Part shown: in pieces, positions 11,644-21,565 of the stretch
Layout of the letters: every line of letters begins with the position of its first letter
How positions within the stretch are numbered: the first letter of the stretch is position 1
Assembly (NCBI GenBank): GCA_019828565.1
Contig: JAHDYR010000064.1
Location: 434,001-498,000 of the forward strand
Direction of reading: 5' to 3'
DNA from: Carpediemonas membranifera BICM
Lineage: Eukaryota; Protista; Fornicata
DNA: 64,000 nt
The notes under the pieces: model-generated
Database searches by the model: none
Told to the model about the DNA's origin: nothing
Seen by the model: the letters and a program-made list of their open reading frames with translations, nothing else
Program-made: the position numbers and the translations under genes

Positions 11644-13320
11644 TCACGTCAGGTCGAACATGTAAACGGCGGTGTCGGGTGTAGCCTGCACCAGACTGTT
11701 CGAGGTGAAGGCCAGAGCCTTGGCCGGGGTGCCACACGAGACATAGGACCGCTCCATGGTCTCGAGGTCGATCAGACACGCCCCCTTCGCCGTGCTGCAG
11801 GCGAACTGGGTCCGGTCCTCCTTAAACGCGCACACCGCGCCCGTCGGCTGGTACCCAGTCACGACGGTAGTCACAGGAGCAGCCATGCTGCGGACATCGA
11901 ACAGCATTGTCAGCGCGGTCGACGTCACAGCTACAAGGTTGCCCTGCACAGCAAGACCAGTGGCCGGGCACGCGAGCTGGCCTGCGAATGATACGGTCGG
12001 CACACGGGCATCGAGCAGGCCGAGGGTGTGCCCGGCGACACAGAACACATTCGGGTCGACGTAGCTGAGCCCGGCGAGGGACTGATCGGCGACCTCGAAG
12101 CAGCTGACGGTGTGCTGGGTGGCTGCGTTGAGTGTACACACGGTGCTGCCGTCTGAAACAGCGACGCTGCTCCCGTTTGGCGACACATCGATCATCTGAA
12201 CCGTGAACAGCCCAGTCGAGAAGTGGGGGTGCGCCTGGCCGTCCCAGGGCCCAGCAGTGACCGAGCCCTCCATGTCCGCAGTGGCGATCACGCCGTGTCT
12301 CGAGGCGGCGCAAGTGATTGGGCGATTGTGGACGGCCCACTCTTTGACGACAGGGACGCCCTCCACATCCAGTGACACGAGGCTCGCCACACGACGGTGG
12401 GCCGGGAACAGGAACGTCGGCACAGAGCCGGCGACGGTGCACCCGAAGTACGGCGTGGATGTGCACGGCAGCTGGCATTGGACATCAAACGACATCGCCG
12501 TCTCGCGGTCGAGCGGGTCGACGTGATGCAGGGCGTTTGATACGAGGGGAACGTCCGACCGCACCGCCACGACGGACGAGAATGGGCAGACCATCATCAC
12601 CGTGTCGCCGACGGTGGCGAGGTGGGTGACGGGCTGGGAGGGGATCAGCAGGGCGTCGTGGTTGGCCGCGGACAGCACGGGCGGATCGGGCAGCTTGAGG
12701 GTGGCCGCAAGGGCACTCACGGAAGGCAGCGAGGGCAGTTTGGCGATGTCTGGGTACAGATCGGTCATCGAATCGTGGTTTGTCACGCCGATATCCTTCA
12801 GGATGCGGTCCCGTACGGCCCAGCGGCGGGCGGACAGCGTCACCTCCATGTGCGGCGATATCGACCGCCCAGAGTTCGGCGTGTGGGCCAGCGTGAACCC
12901 TGGTGCCATGGGCCCCTGCATAGACAGCAGCGTGTCCCAGCAGACCCCAGAGAAAAAGGGATGGGCCTTGATGTCGTCTGGTGCAATGCGGGCGTCGGGG
13001 TCAGACAGCAACAGCCTGTCGACGAGGTCTTTCCCGTGGGTGTCCATCTCGTCGGGCAGAGTCAGCTGGCGGGTGAGGATCCGCTGGTACGTCAGGTGCA
13101 CCGAACGGGCCGCAAAGGGCGACTGCCCGACCAGCATCTCGTACGCGATACACCCGAACGCCCACCAGTCGACCGATGTCCTGTACGGCCTGTTGTGGAG
13201 GCACTCGGGAGACACGTAGTCGGCCGTGCCACAGAAGGTGATCAGGTTGGCGTTCTGCTTCAACTCGGCAGACACACCGAAGTCGATAAGTCTGACATGC
13301 CCTTCCCCGTCGAGCAGGAT

Positions 13321-13357
<37 letters not shown>

Positions 13358-13770
13358 CCGTGCAGCCCCGTGAGAGCCACCAGAAGCTCGGCAAGGTAGA
13401 ACCGGACCCAGTCGACGGGCAGGGAGTGACCCTGGATGTGGTCGAACAGGGCACCACCCGGAACGAGCTCCATGACGAAGTAAATGTTCAGGTCGTCCAT
13501 GAAGTAATCGACCAGCTTGACACAATACGGTAGCCCTTGCGTTTTCAACATCGCAGACAGCTCGGATGCAGCATATATATCCTGTCTGTGCTTTGAAAGA
13601 CGCTCTTTGCGTAATACTTTGATCGCTACAGCCTCCGTTTGATCATTTCGGTGATGAGCACTGAAAACTCGGCCAAACGCGCCAGAGCCAATCTCCTCAC
13701 CAAGTATATAATCCTCAATGGAGCTTTTTCGCCCAATAAACAGGTGATACGGCGATCGGGAAGACTCCAT
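11644..13770 (-). CDS. AGC-group Ser/Thr kinase with C-terminal WD40-like beta-propeller
   Basis: GSGAFG, VAIK, HRDLKPEN, DFG, TFCGTADYVSPE, DWWAFG and HPFF..W; the C-terminal half has beta-rich repeats (VHNRPITC, LLDAR, LFDVRS). Confidence 0.85.
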
Positions 13771-13891
13771 GAGCGATTCGATCCTTATCCTGCGAATTTT
13801 TGAACCATTCGTGACGCCTGTAGCGCAACCAACAGCTTCCACCCCACATGTTTAGAGAGAAAACGGTCTATGGAAACAATATGCTCGCCGA

Positions 13892-14722
13892 TCAGCCGAG
13901 CAGTTCGAGCTCGAGCTCCCTGTCGACGGCGGCCAGGATGTCGCCGTCCGGGTCCTCCGAGTAGTCCACTGCTCGCTGGGGGCGAGAGGGTCGCAGCCCC
14001 GGAGTCCTGTGGACCTTTGCTGACCGCTTAGGCACCTCCTTCTCCTGCTCCGCCAGCCGCTGCTCCCGGGCGTTCAGCTTGACCCGGATGGCGGCCAGAC
14101 GCTCCATGCGGGCATCTTGCTTGGCCTGTTCCTGCTTGAGCTTCTCCTGATGCTGTTTGCGGGCGAAATCCCGCGCCCTCTTCTGGGCTGCCTCCCTCGC
14201 TGCGGCCACCGAGGGTGACTCCTCCTCGGCCGCGGCACCCGGCACACTGTCGTCGGTCCGCTCCATGGATGCGGAGTCCTCGTCGTCCCTGCGCTTGGCC
14301 AGGGCCAGGGCGAGGCGGGCCTCCTGCTCCACCTTCCGCACCTTCTGCCGCCGTGCCTGGAAGTCGCGCTGACGCTCCTCCTCTTGCTCGCGGCGCTTCT
14401 GCTCACGAACAGCAGCAGCAGCACGGCGGGCGGCGCGCATGGCGGCCTCCTCTGGGTCGGGCTCAGCAACGGTCTTCTTAGGCGCTGGTTCTTCGGGCGG
14501 CTCTTCCGCCTTTTGCTTTCTCCGATACTCCTTCAGTCGTTGTTTGGTCCTCTCCTGTCTTTCAATAGTTTCTTTGTTCATCGCCATCTCCGTAATGGGC
14601 GCGAGCAGCTCACTCTCGATCGTATTCCTGATCTGAGTCCTGTACCAATCCAAAATGCGAGCTCGTTCATCTTTGCTACTTGTGAATTTCTTTGGCTGGC
14701 GCTGACTGTATCTCAGTTCCAT
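13892..14722 (-). CDS. Hypothetical charged coiled-coil protein
   Basis: E/K/R/Q-rich ORF; likely ATG at 14722. Confidence 0.6.
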   Translation of the reverse strand: MELRYSQRQPKKFTSSKDERARILDWYRTQIRNTIESELLAPITEMAMNKETIERQERTKQRLKEYRRKQKAEEPPEEPAPKKTVAEPDPEEAAMRAARRAAAAVREQKRREQEEERQRDFQARRQKVRKVEQEARLALALAKRRDDEDSASMERTDDSVPGAAAEEESPSVAAAREAAQKRARDFARKQHQEKLKQEQAKQDARMERLAAIRVKLNAREQRLAEQEKEVPKRSAKVHRTPGLRPSRPQRAVDYSEDPDGDILAAVDRELELELLG

Positions 14723-14883
14723 TCTCAGCTTCAACTTCGGTTCTTCAAAAATTCGCAGATTATGGAACTGCGGGCAGAGTGCCACAGCCAAAGCCCGAGG
14801 ATAGCAACGCCATACCGATGGGTACAGCTCCGGGATCGCCGGGTCCTTAAAGTGCTCCTGACAACACGACGTATTGCGAGAGG

Positions 14884-16254
14884 ATGAGCGATAGTGAGGG
14901 CTCATTCTTCGATGAGGATAGTGATGAATTCGGTTTTAGCGAGAATGAAGACGAGGAAATGATGGATATAGAGGATATGGATGAGGACGCCGTTGTGGAT
15001 GATGAAATGACGCTTGTAGAGAACAAATTCGTCAATGCGAAGTCTGCCTTGGCCACAGACCCGGATAATGCGATCCTGCAACTCCAAGAGGTTGCTGAAG
15101 CTGACGTTGGCGGCTCTTTCTGCTTCAAGGCGCTCAAGCAACTCGTGCTCCATGCAGTATCCTCGGACCAGGCCCAAGCCAGACGGTACGCTACCCGCAT
15201 GGTTAATGAGTACCTCACTTCCACGGGGATTGAAACAATAGGCGTTCAGAAGCTGTCGGCGACGTTTGTCAGCCTCCTGGCGCAGACCGCCTTCGCCCAC
15301 ACCGCCTTCAGTCGCTTCCTGGCGGCGTCCATCATTATCCAACTGCAGCAGCTAAAGGGCTCTATGGCCCGCTACCCCGCGGACCAGCTGGGCCCGCTGA
15401 TGTACTCGGCCCTCATGACCAGGGCGACGGAGGAGCTGGACGCCGGGGAGTCCGGCCAGGCGCTCACAGCTGCCACGGAGGCATCGTGCATACCGGGATT
15501 GAACGCACTGCAGGAGCTGGATGCTGCGGCGTTGCTCATCCGCATACACAACCGGCTCCACAACACACACCTGCTGCGGCCACTGTACGCCAAGTGCTCA
15601 GCACTCATGCGGAACACAGCGGTGAGGCCAGAGACAGAGGCGCTTGTCCGGGAGTGCGGGGGTCGTTTGGCACTCGTTGCCCGGAACCACGGCCTGGCCA
15701 AGATCGAGTACAGCAGGGCGAGGGAGGCCTTCGAGCAGACGGGGCGGGGGGCAAAGGCCATTGACATGGAGCGGATGATGGCGCTGGCGTCGATGCTGTC
15801 GGCCACATCCCGCCCGCTGTTCGAGGGCGTCATGCCCAGACCCGAGCTGACCCCGTTCGCCGGGCTAGAGGCAGCGCTGTTGTCAGCGGACCTCGACGCC
15901 GGCAGGAGGTGGGCCAGAGAGATCCAGGCCATCAGCAGCAGCTACGGCGAGATCCTGGACCGTATCCTGGATCGGATCACGACGGACGCCGTCTGCCTCT
16001 TCGTCCGGCCGTACAGGTGCATCGCCGTGAAGGATGTTGCCGCCGCCCTCAGCATTACGGAGACGGAGGTCACATCGGCCATCACGCAGCTCGTCCTGGC
16101 CGGTCAGTTGGACGACAGCCTCGACGACGTCACCGGGATGATTGAGGCCAACGACGACCCTGAAACCGAGCGCTTCTCCCGTCGGGCCGTGGGGGTTATC
16201 GAGCGGCTCGTACCAAAGGTCAGGCCGACCGGGAGACATAAATTCTACGTCTAG
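14884..16254 (+). CDS. COPS2: COP9 signalosome subunit 2-like PCI protein
   Basis: Acidic N-terminus, 'VENKFVNAK', 'FCFKALKQLV', 'VRECGGRL', and C-terminal PCI 'VRPYRCI...ITQLVLAGQL'. Confidence 0.78.
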   Translation: MSDSEGSFFDEDSDEFGFSENEDEEMMDIEDMDEDAVVDDEMTLVENKFVNAKSALATDPDNAILQLQEVAEADVGGSFCFKALKQLVLHAVSSDQAQARRYATRMVNEYLTSTGIETIGVQKLSATFVSLLAQTAFAHTAFSRFLAASIIIQLQQLKGSMARYPADQLGPLMYSALMTRATEELDAGESGQALTAATEASCIPGLNALQELDAAALLIRIHNRLHNTHLLRPLYAKCSALMRNTAVRPETEALVRECGGRLALVARNHGLAKIEYSRAREAFEQTGRGAKAIDMERMMALASMLSATSRPLFEGVMPRPELTPFAGLEAALLSADLDAGRRWAREIQAISSSYGEILDRILDRITTDAVCLFVRPYRCIAVKDVAAALSITETEVTSAITQLVLAGQLDDSLDDVTGMIEANDDPETERFSRRAVGVIERLVPKVRPTGRHKFYV

Positions 16255-16277
16255 ACATAAAGATTTACACTCCGCGA

Positions 16278-17153
16278 TTACATATCGGCGAAGAATGGGT
16301 GCTGCAGAGCTCTGCTGGCGCTGATACGCTCGGCCGGGTCGTAGGCCAGCAGCTTCTTCAGCAGGTCGACACCGTCGGCCCCGATCTTGGGCAGAAGGTG
16401 GTCGAACCCGCTAGGCTGGAAGCTGGGGAAGGTCTGCTTGAAGTCCGGCAGCTTCGACACGCCGGGCCAGGTTGCCTCGGTGGGGGTACCGAGGACCTGG
16501 AAGATCTGGAAGAGCTCGCCGATCTGGGAGTCCCCGGGGAAGAGGGGCTTGGACGTCGCCATCTCGGCCAGGATGGCTCCGACGGACCAGGTGTCGACGG
16601 ACGTGGTGTAGTGTTTGGACCCGAGCAGGATCTCGGGGGCGCGGTACCAGAGGGTGACGACCTCGTGGGTGTAGACGCGCATGGGGACGGAGAAGGCGCG
16701 GACAAGGCCGAAGTCGCCAACCTTGAGGGTGCCGTTGCACAGGAGCAAGTTTTGGGGCTTCAGATCGCGGTGAAGGAGACGAGTTGCGTGGCATGCATCA
16801 ACGCCGGATAGGAGCTCATAGGTGAAACGCTTGATTTCGCTGAGGGGGAGGCCTTCTGGATGCCCCTCCATGTGCTTCTTGAGGTCGAGGTCTCCGAGTT
16901 CGAAAATGAGGAAGAGTTTGCCTTCTTCGTTCACAACGTCGAGGAGAGCAACAACATTCTCATGCTGAATTGTCTTCAGGACACTGATTTCGCGAAGAGC
17001 AGTTGTAGGGATGCCTTCTTCGGGGTGAGGCGAGTTCGTCTGCTTCAAAGCTATCATACGGCCGGTCGTGAGGTCTTTCGCCTTCCAAACCTTTCCGTAC
17101 GCTCCTTCACCCACTTTTTCAATTGGTAGATAGCGAGAGGAGCTCGAAACCAT
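16278..17153 (-). CDS. Cyclin-dependent kinase, CDK1/2-like
   Basis: GEGAYGKV, EGIPTTALREIS (PSTAIRE variant), HRDLKPQN, YTHEVVTLWYRAPE and PLFPGDSQI. True ATG at 17153; the upstream ORF extension lies inside the Fanzor element. Confidence 0.93.
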   Translation of the reverse strand: MVSSSSRYLPIEKVGEGAYGKVWKAKDLTTGRMIALKQTNSPHPEEGIPTTALREISVLKTIQHENVVALLDVVNEEGKLFLIFELGDLDLKKHMEGHPEGLPLSEIKRFTYELLSGVDACHATRLLHRDLKPQNLLLCNGTLKVGDFGLVRAFSVPMRVYTHEVVTLWYRAPEILLGSKHYTTSVDTWSVGAILAEMATSKPLFPGDSQIGELFQIFQVLGTPTEATWPGVSKLPDFKQTFPSFQPSGFDHLLPKIGADGVDLLKKLLAYDPAERISASRALQHPFFADM

Positions 17154-17163
17154 GCTTTCTTTG
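17153..17163. repeat. Left copy of imperfect target-site duplication TGCTTTCTT(T)G; partner 21518-21527
   Basis: tgctttctttg versus tgctttcttg flank the composite A1+B insertion. Confidence 0.65.
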
Positions 17164-17164
17164 A

Positions 17165-17306
17165 TGTGCTGCGCAGGATTAGAATTGTTGAGTCCAAAAC
17201 ACACAGTGATCCAAGCAGCATCAGGATCGCAGTGTGGTTCATCATACTCTATCAATCGTGCGCTGCATATCACGCGCTGCAGCGCGTGCTTGCTCAACTT
17301 AGCAAG
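17165..17306 (-). ncRNA. Putative omegaRNA scaffold (3' tail of Fanzor A1; may extend into the ORF end)
   Basis: Lies between the Fanzor stop and the element end; hairpins at 17200-17236, 17271-17288 and 17289-17306; terminal 30 nt conserved in the divergent element B. Confidence 0.65.
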
Positions 17307-19212
17307 TTAATGATAGTGTGGAAGAGCACCTCTCTGGGAGTCGTAGTGGAAAGGAGATTGCTCTATCTGATCTGAAGTTGCATCGTAGGTGCACCAAAGG
17401 ATGTTCTCGCTGGCGCTCTTATCTCGGTGAGAGAGATTGAGAAGTATGTCTCTCTGCTCGGGATGCCGACGTAGCCGTTCAACGCGCCATGGAGCTCCCT
17501 CGCACGCGGGATTCTGGCAGAGCATGGTGCGGTATGCGTGCACCACACGTCTGAAGTGTGCTTTGCAGTATGGGCACACGATGGAAGTGCGGAATTCGGA
17601 GACCATCGTGACACTCACGACGACTTTGTGCCGGAGCATTATGCCAGGAAGTGCTCGAGCAAAGTGGCGGTACGGAGCACACGAGGGAGTGCCGGCAGAA
17701 CCGAACAGTGCAGCCCCATACGCGACTTTGAGGTGAATGGGCTCCGGGGGGCGCCCGCCGAGATCATCCAGGAGTTGACGTCCAGCCCGGGCGAAGTGCT
17801 TCAGGCGCATACAGTGATTGGCAAAAGTCGCACGGCGGAAACACTTTCTCGTCCCCTCGTTGATGATCTGAACGATGTTCTCATGGACAAACCTAATCGA
17901 CTGTTTGAGAGCCTCTAGACTTGTCGTTTTGAACGATGCTGCGCTCATATTCATGCGGAAAGAGAGGGTGGCAGTGTAGCCACACTTAGCGAGTACGCCA
18001 GATACACTCTGCCCGTCTGGGCGGCGGATCGTGTAGCCGCCCAGCGACCGAGCACCAGGGTCGAAGCCCATGAGAGCTTGAATGTCCGGGGCAGGAGTAG
18101 CCTCGGCGTCCTCCTGACCGAGCCGAGCCCGCTTGTTATTGCTACCCTTTTTGTACGTGAGCCGGTCAGCCACCCGACCGCCACGGTATTTCTCGCGACC
18201 CACCCAAACCTTCACAGCAACAGAGACCCCGTCAGTCTTCACAAAGAGCACTCTGCGGAGCTTGGTGCTGTCGCCGTGATCACGCTCGTATCTATCAACC
18301 TGCTCGTCGGTCAAGTTCTTGGTTGCTGACCAATTCACGTGCACACGGAGGCGCCTCTTCATCGCTGGGGTGAGCGCTGTTACTCCGCGCTCGATGGTCA
18401 TGAACCCAGGCCTGACCGGTGCCATCGGCACGAACGGGATGAGCTTCGGCTCTGGCAGGGCCTGACTGAGCTCGAGGTTCACGGCACGAGTGAGTGTGAC
18501 CAGCTTGGTCACTGCAGCACTCATGCGCGTGACGCACGACAGCACGCCGACAAGGGCCTCGGCCACGGTATCAGTGCGACCCACCCGTTGCCCCTCGGGC
18601 AATGCATGCATTTGACGATGATGCATGCCATGATCGGCGGATATTGCGGCTAACTCGGTGTCGAGCTCGCCTTGGGTGTCGAGAAAATCCTGTCGAACAC
18701 CCGGCCGATCATGGAGGAGCGGACGCACCCGTTCTAACCCAGCACGAAGACGGGTCAGGTACCCGGGTGACGCGCGCGAGAGCCAGACCCGGGTGGCTGT
18801 GGAGTACTCGCCCAACCAGGTGTCAAATGGCTTGCACAAGCCAAGGTAGCTATAAGCTGTGACGAAGTCCCGGACGAGTGGGGTTATGTCAGGGTCCCTC
18901 CACATCGCCAGGTCGCCAATCCACCTGCACCGATCCGCTGCCTTTGCCTTGGACACCTTTTTGCTGAGCAATGCTGACGATCTGCGCGAGGACTTCCTCG
19001 TCGAACAGGTTGACCGTCCTCGGTAGGGTCAACGCGTGCGCAGATGCAGAGACGCACGCAAGCAGGCAAGTGAATGTGTACTTAGCCTGCGTGAAAGAAC
19101 GCATGCCGGGTTCAAGATTTCCTCGCCGCGGCGCGTTGTTATCGCCTCCACCGTTAATCTCGCCAATGGCCTTGTTAACGGATGCCTTCACCGTGTATAT
19201 CTTGGAAGGCAT
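17307..19212 (-). pseudogene. Fanzor1 RNA-guided endonuclease (consensus 634 aa), +1 frameshift at ~18958-18962
   Basis: KTDGVSV motif, RuvC-I GFDPG (D 18060-62), YGAALF..AP, RuvC-II SEFRTS (E 17595-97), Zn finger CPYC..CQNPAC, RuvC-III HRDKSASENI (D 17421-23). T5 run here versus T4 in copy A2. Confidence 0.88.
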
Positions 19213-19579
19213 CGGAGTCTATTGAGCTGCCTGCATCGATCATTTCTTTTCAGGGTTCATCAGCTAGCAGCATCCCTCAAAACACAAGAAACCAGCATCA
19301 TACAACACAAAGCGTCTTTACTACCAGCTACAACCGCTTTCCACCACTAGTGTCTCTCACAACAGACGAAGATGACGAAGACGACGACGTCATGAGCTTC
19401 AGACGCCGGCAATGGACGACAGATGAGCGCGTAACAGACGAGCACAGACGCGAAAGAAGACAGCAGCGTTCGACACAGACGATGGACGACAGACGACGCA
19501 TCTTTTCGTGCAGACCGACGACTGAAAGCACGAAAGCCCGATGGTACAGACGAGGGCTGAAGTGGGTGAGTGGAGGTAG

Positions 19580-21517
19580 TGTGCCGCGTAGGATTAGAAT
19601 TGTTGAGTCTAAAGTCTAAAGCCTAAGTCACCTTTACATGAATCCTCCACATAAACCCTCTAAATACCACAACTGAAGTGTCATAGAGTGCACAGTGCAA
19701 GCACTGCGTCTCTCCACTTCAATTAGCTTGCCCGGAGGCGAAGACTAGCGGCTGGTTAGCCGTAGTTGGTGTATTGGGGTTATAGTTGGGAAGACGGGCT
19801 GGAGGTCTTGGATTTCTGAGAGCACTGGCTTGATACTGTGCATCCGTCATGAGGCCGCAATCCAAGATGTTCTGTGCAGCAGTCTTGTCTCTGTGGGAGA
19901 GATTGAGCCAAGTGGATGTAGTATGATCGGAATTGAGGCGTTGCTGTCTGTACCATGGAGCACCTTGACAATTCGGGTTGTGGCATCGTGCGCCTCGTGA
20001 AGCGAGTTCTACGGAACCTCGCGCGGCAGAAAGGGCAGACGAGTGAGGTTCGGAACTCGTTAGTCATCCGCACTTCAGCAGTGATGTTGAAGGCTCTCAT
20101 GATGTGTGCTAGTGATTTTGCAAAGCGACCATACGGCGCGCATGGATGCACCCGACGGGGCGTCTTGAATCTAGCGCTTCCGTAGAAGACAACCAGCCTG
20201 GTGGGGGCTGCCCGGGGAGGGGCAATACCGCGAGGGAGTCGCCGAGGAGTCCATCCTAGGGTGCGAGCAAGCTGCTCCCCAGCTCTGTGGAAGTGCTTTT
20301 GACGCAAGATGTGGTTCGTCAGGCGCACTCTGCGGAAGCTCTTGACCATCCCAGCGTCGAATATTTCCTGCTCGTGGAGGAGCACAAACCTAACCGAGTT
20401 TTGTAGACTATCTAGATTTGTACTTTTGAATGACGCAGGAGTCATATCGAACGCGAAGCTGGGGGTCTTGGTGTACCCACACTTCGGGACCACACCGGAG
20501 GTGATGCCATCTGGGTGGCGGATGAAGAATCCACCCAGAGCCCGAGCACCCGGGTCGAACCCATGAGGTGGGCATCGGGGTCTGGCGCGGGGCGAGCATC
20601 CGCGCCATCCACACCCAGACGCTCCCGAACCTTTCGCTTCCTCGTCGGGTTGCCACTGGCACGTCTGTTGACGTATGACAGAGCACCAACTTGGACCGTG
20701 AGGTCCACGGCGACCCCATCTGTCTTGACAGACAGCACCCGACGGATGTTCGGAGGAAGAGCCTCCAGCTGCTCTCGCGTCATGCGCTCAGTGGCGTGAT
20801 GCTCCGGGTCGACCCCAAGTTGGGCAAGCCAAGCCGGGTTCAGCACGTTGAGAGAACAGGGAACGTGCATGAACCCGGGGCGGACAGGAGCCATCGGGAC
20901 AAGCGGAACAAGCTTGGGGCCAGCCAGCGGCTTGTCACCCGGAAGAGGTGGATGGGCGGTGTTGAATGCCGCAACCATATCCGTGAGCTCTCCCAGAGCC
21001 GCGGAGATCCGCCAGACGCAGGGCAGCGTGAGTAGAACGCCCTCGTCGACTCGTCCCGGAGTTGAGATCTTTGCAAGGTGCTCATCAACGATCGCCTTGA
21101 CAGCGCGTTGTTCGGTGCGCAACCGGGTGATGTCGTCCCGGGGCACGTCTGGATCACGCTGAGTCAGGACAGTGTCGACCCGAGTGATGATCTTCGCCAG
21201 GCGCCAGCAGTAACCTTCAAGGGCCTTGACGAGCCACAGCTTGGTGCTCGTGGCATATTCGCCCAGCCACACGTCGAACTCGCGAGGGCACTGTAGACGA
21301 GCTGCCCTGAAGGCGGTGCAGAGGCGGATGATGAACTCGTCATGCCATAGTGGCATCTCGGCTATTGAGGTGACAGCCTGCCGAACTGCGGCGTATTTTG
21401 TCGCGCCCAGGAAGCGGTCGACGAGTGAGTCGGCGGCGAGGTTTTGGTACTCTCCACTTCGTCGGTAGGCGACGATAACGATGGCCTGGTGCAGAGCCTG
21501 GTCATGCACGGGTAAAC
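19580..21517 (-). mobile_element. Fanzor1 element family B, 5'-truncated, in tandem with A1
   Basis: 3' terminus tgtgccgcgtaggattagaattgttgagtc is 28/30 identical to family A; homologous protein lacking ~65 N-terminal aa and the left end. Confidence 0.85.
19719..21517 (-). pseudogene. Divergent Fanzor1 pseudogene with frameshifts at ~20560 and ~19985
   Basis: FDVWLGEYATSTKLWL, PLVPMAPVRPGFM, SVKTDGVAV, (G)FDPGARALGG, TNEFRTSLVCPFC, then in the shifted frame CHNPNCQGAPW...LNLSHRDKTAAQNI; stop at 19719-19721. Confidence 0.85.
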
Positions 21518-21524
21518 TGCTTTC

Positions 21525-21554
21525 TTGGTTTTCGCAGGATAGCCCGAAAACCAA
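21525..21554. promoter_or_regulatory. Perfect 10-bp inverted repeat (ttggttttcg-N10-cgaaaaccaa), probable CDK/IFT74 bidirectional promoter core
   Basis: In the reconstructed empty site CGAAAACCAA lies 6 nt (CDK) and 11 nt (IFT74) upstream of the two ATGs. Confidence 0.5.
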
Positions 21555-21565
21555 AATTGCCCCAA

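Larger units (their letters stand above)
17165..19577 (-). mobile_element. Fanzor1 element, family A copy 1 (~2.41 kb, no transposase, no TIR)
   Basis: Near-identical to 60815-63224 end to end, which defines the boundaries; encodes a TnpB/Fanzor RuvC protein. Confidence 0.92.

Noticed and set aside
17154-17297. N-terminal extension of the CDK ORF (MSKHALQRV...)
   Set aside because: It starts at TTG inside the Fanzor tail, and the same sequence precedes DPH6 in another frame, so it is not native CDK sequence.
19182-19619. Plus-strand ORF in the Fanzor left end (also 62834-63205)
   Set aside because: Low-complexity GAC repeats; the frame differs between copies and there are no transposase motifs.
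19541-19956. 11-bp inverted match atggtacagac / gtctgtaccat between the A1 left end and B coding sequence
   Set aside because: Not at element termini and lies within coding sequence; likely chance rather than a TIR.
21518-21554. Apparent start of the element B ORF (MVFGLSCENQESS)
   Set aside because: Non-ATG start lying in host promoter DNA beyond the TSD; B is 5'-truncated.
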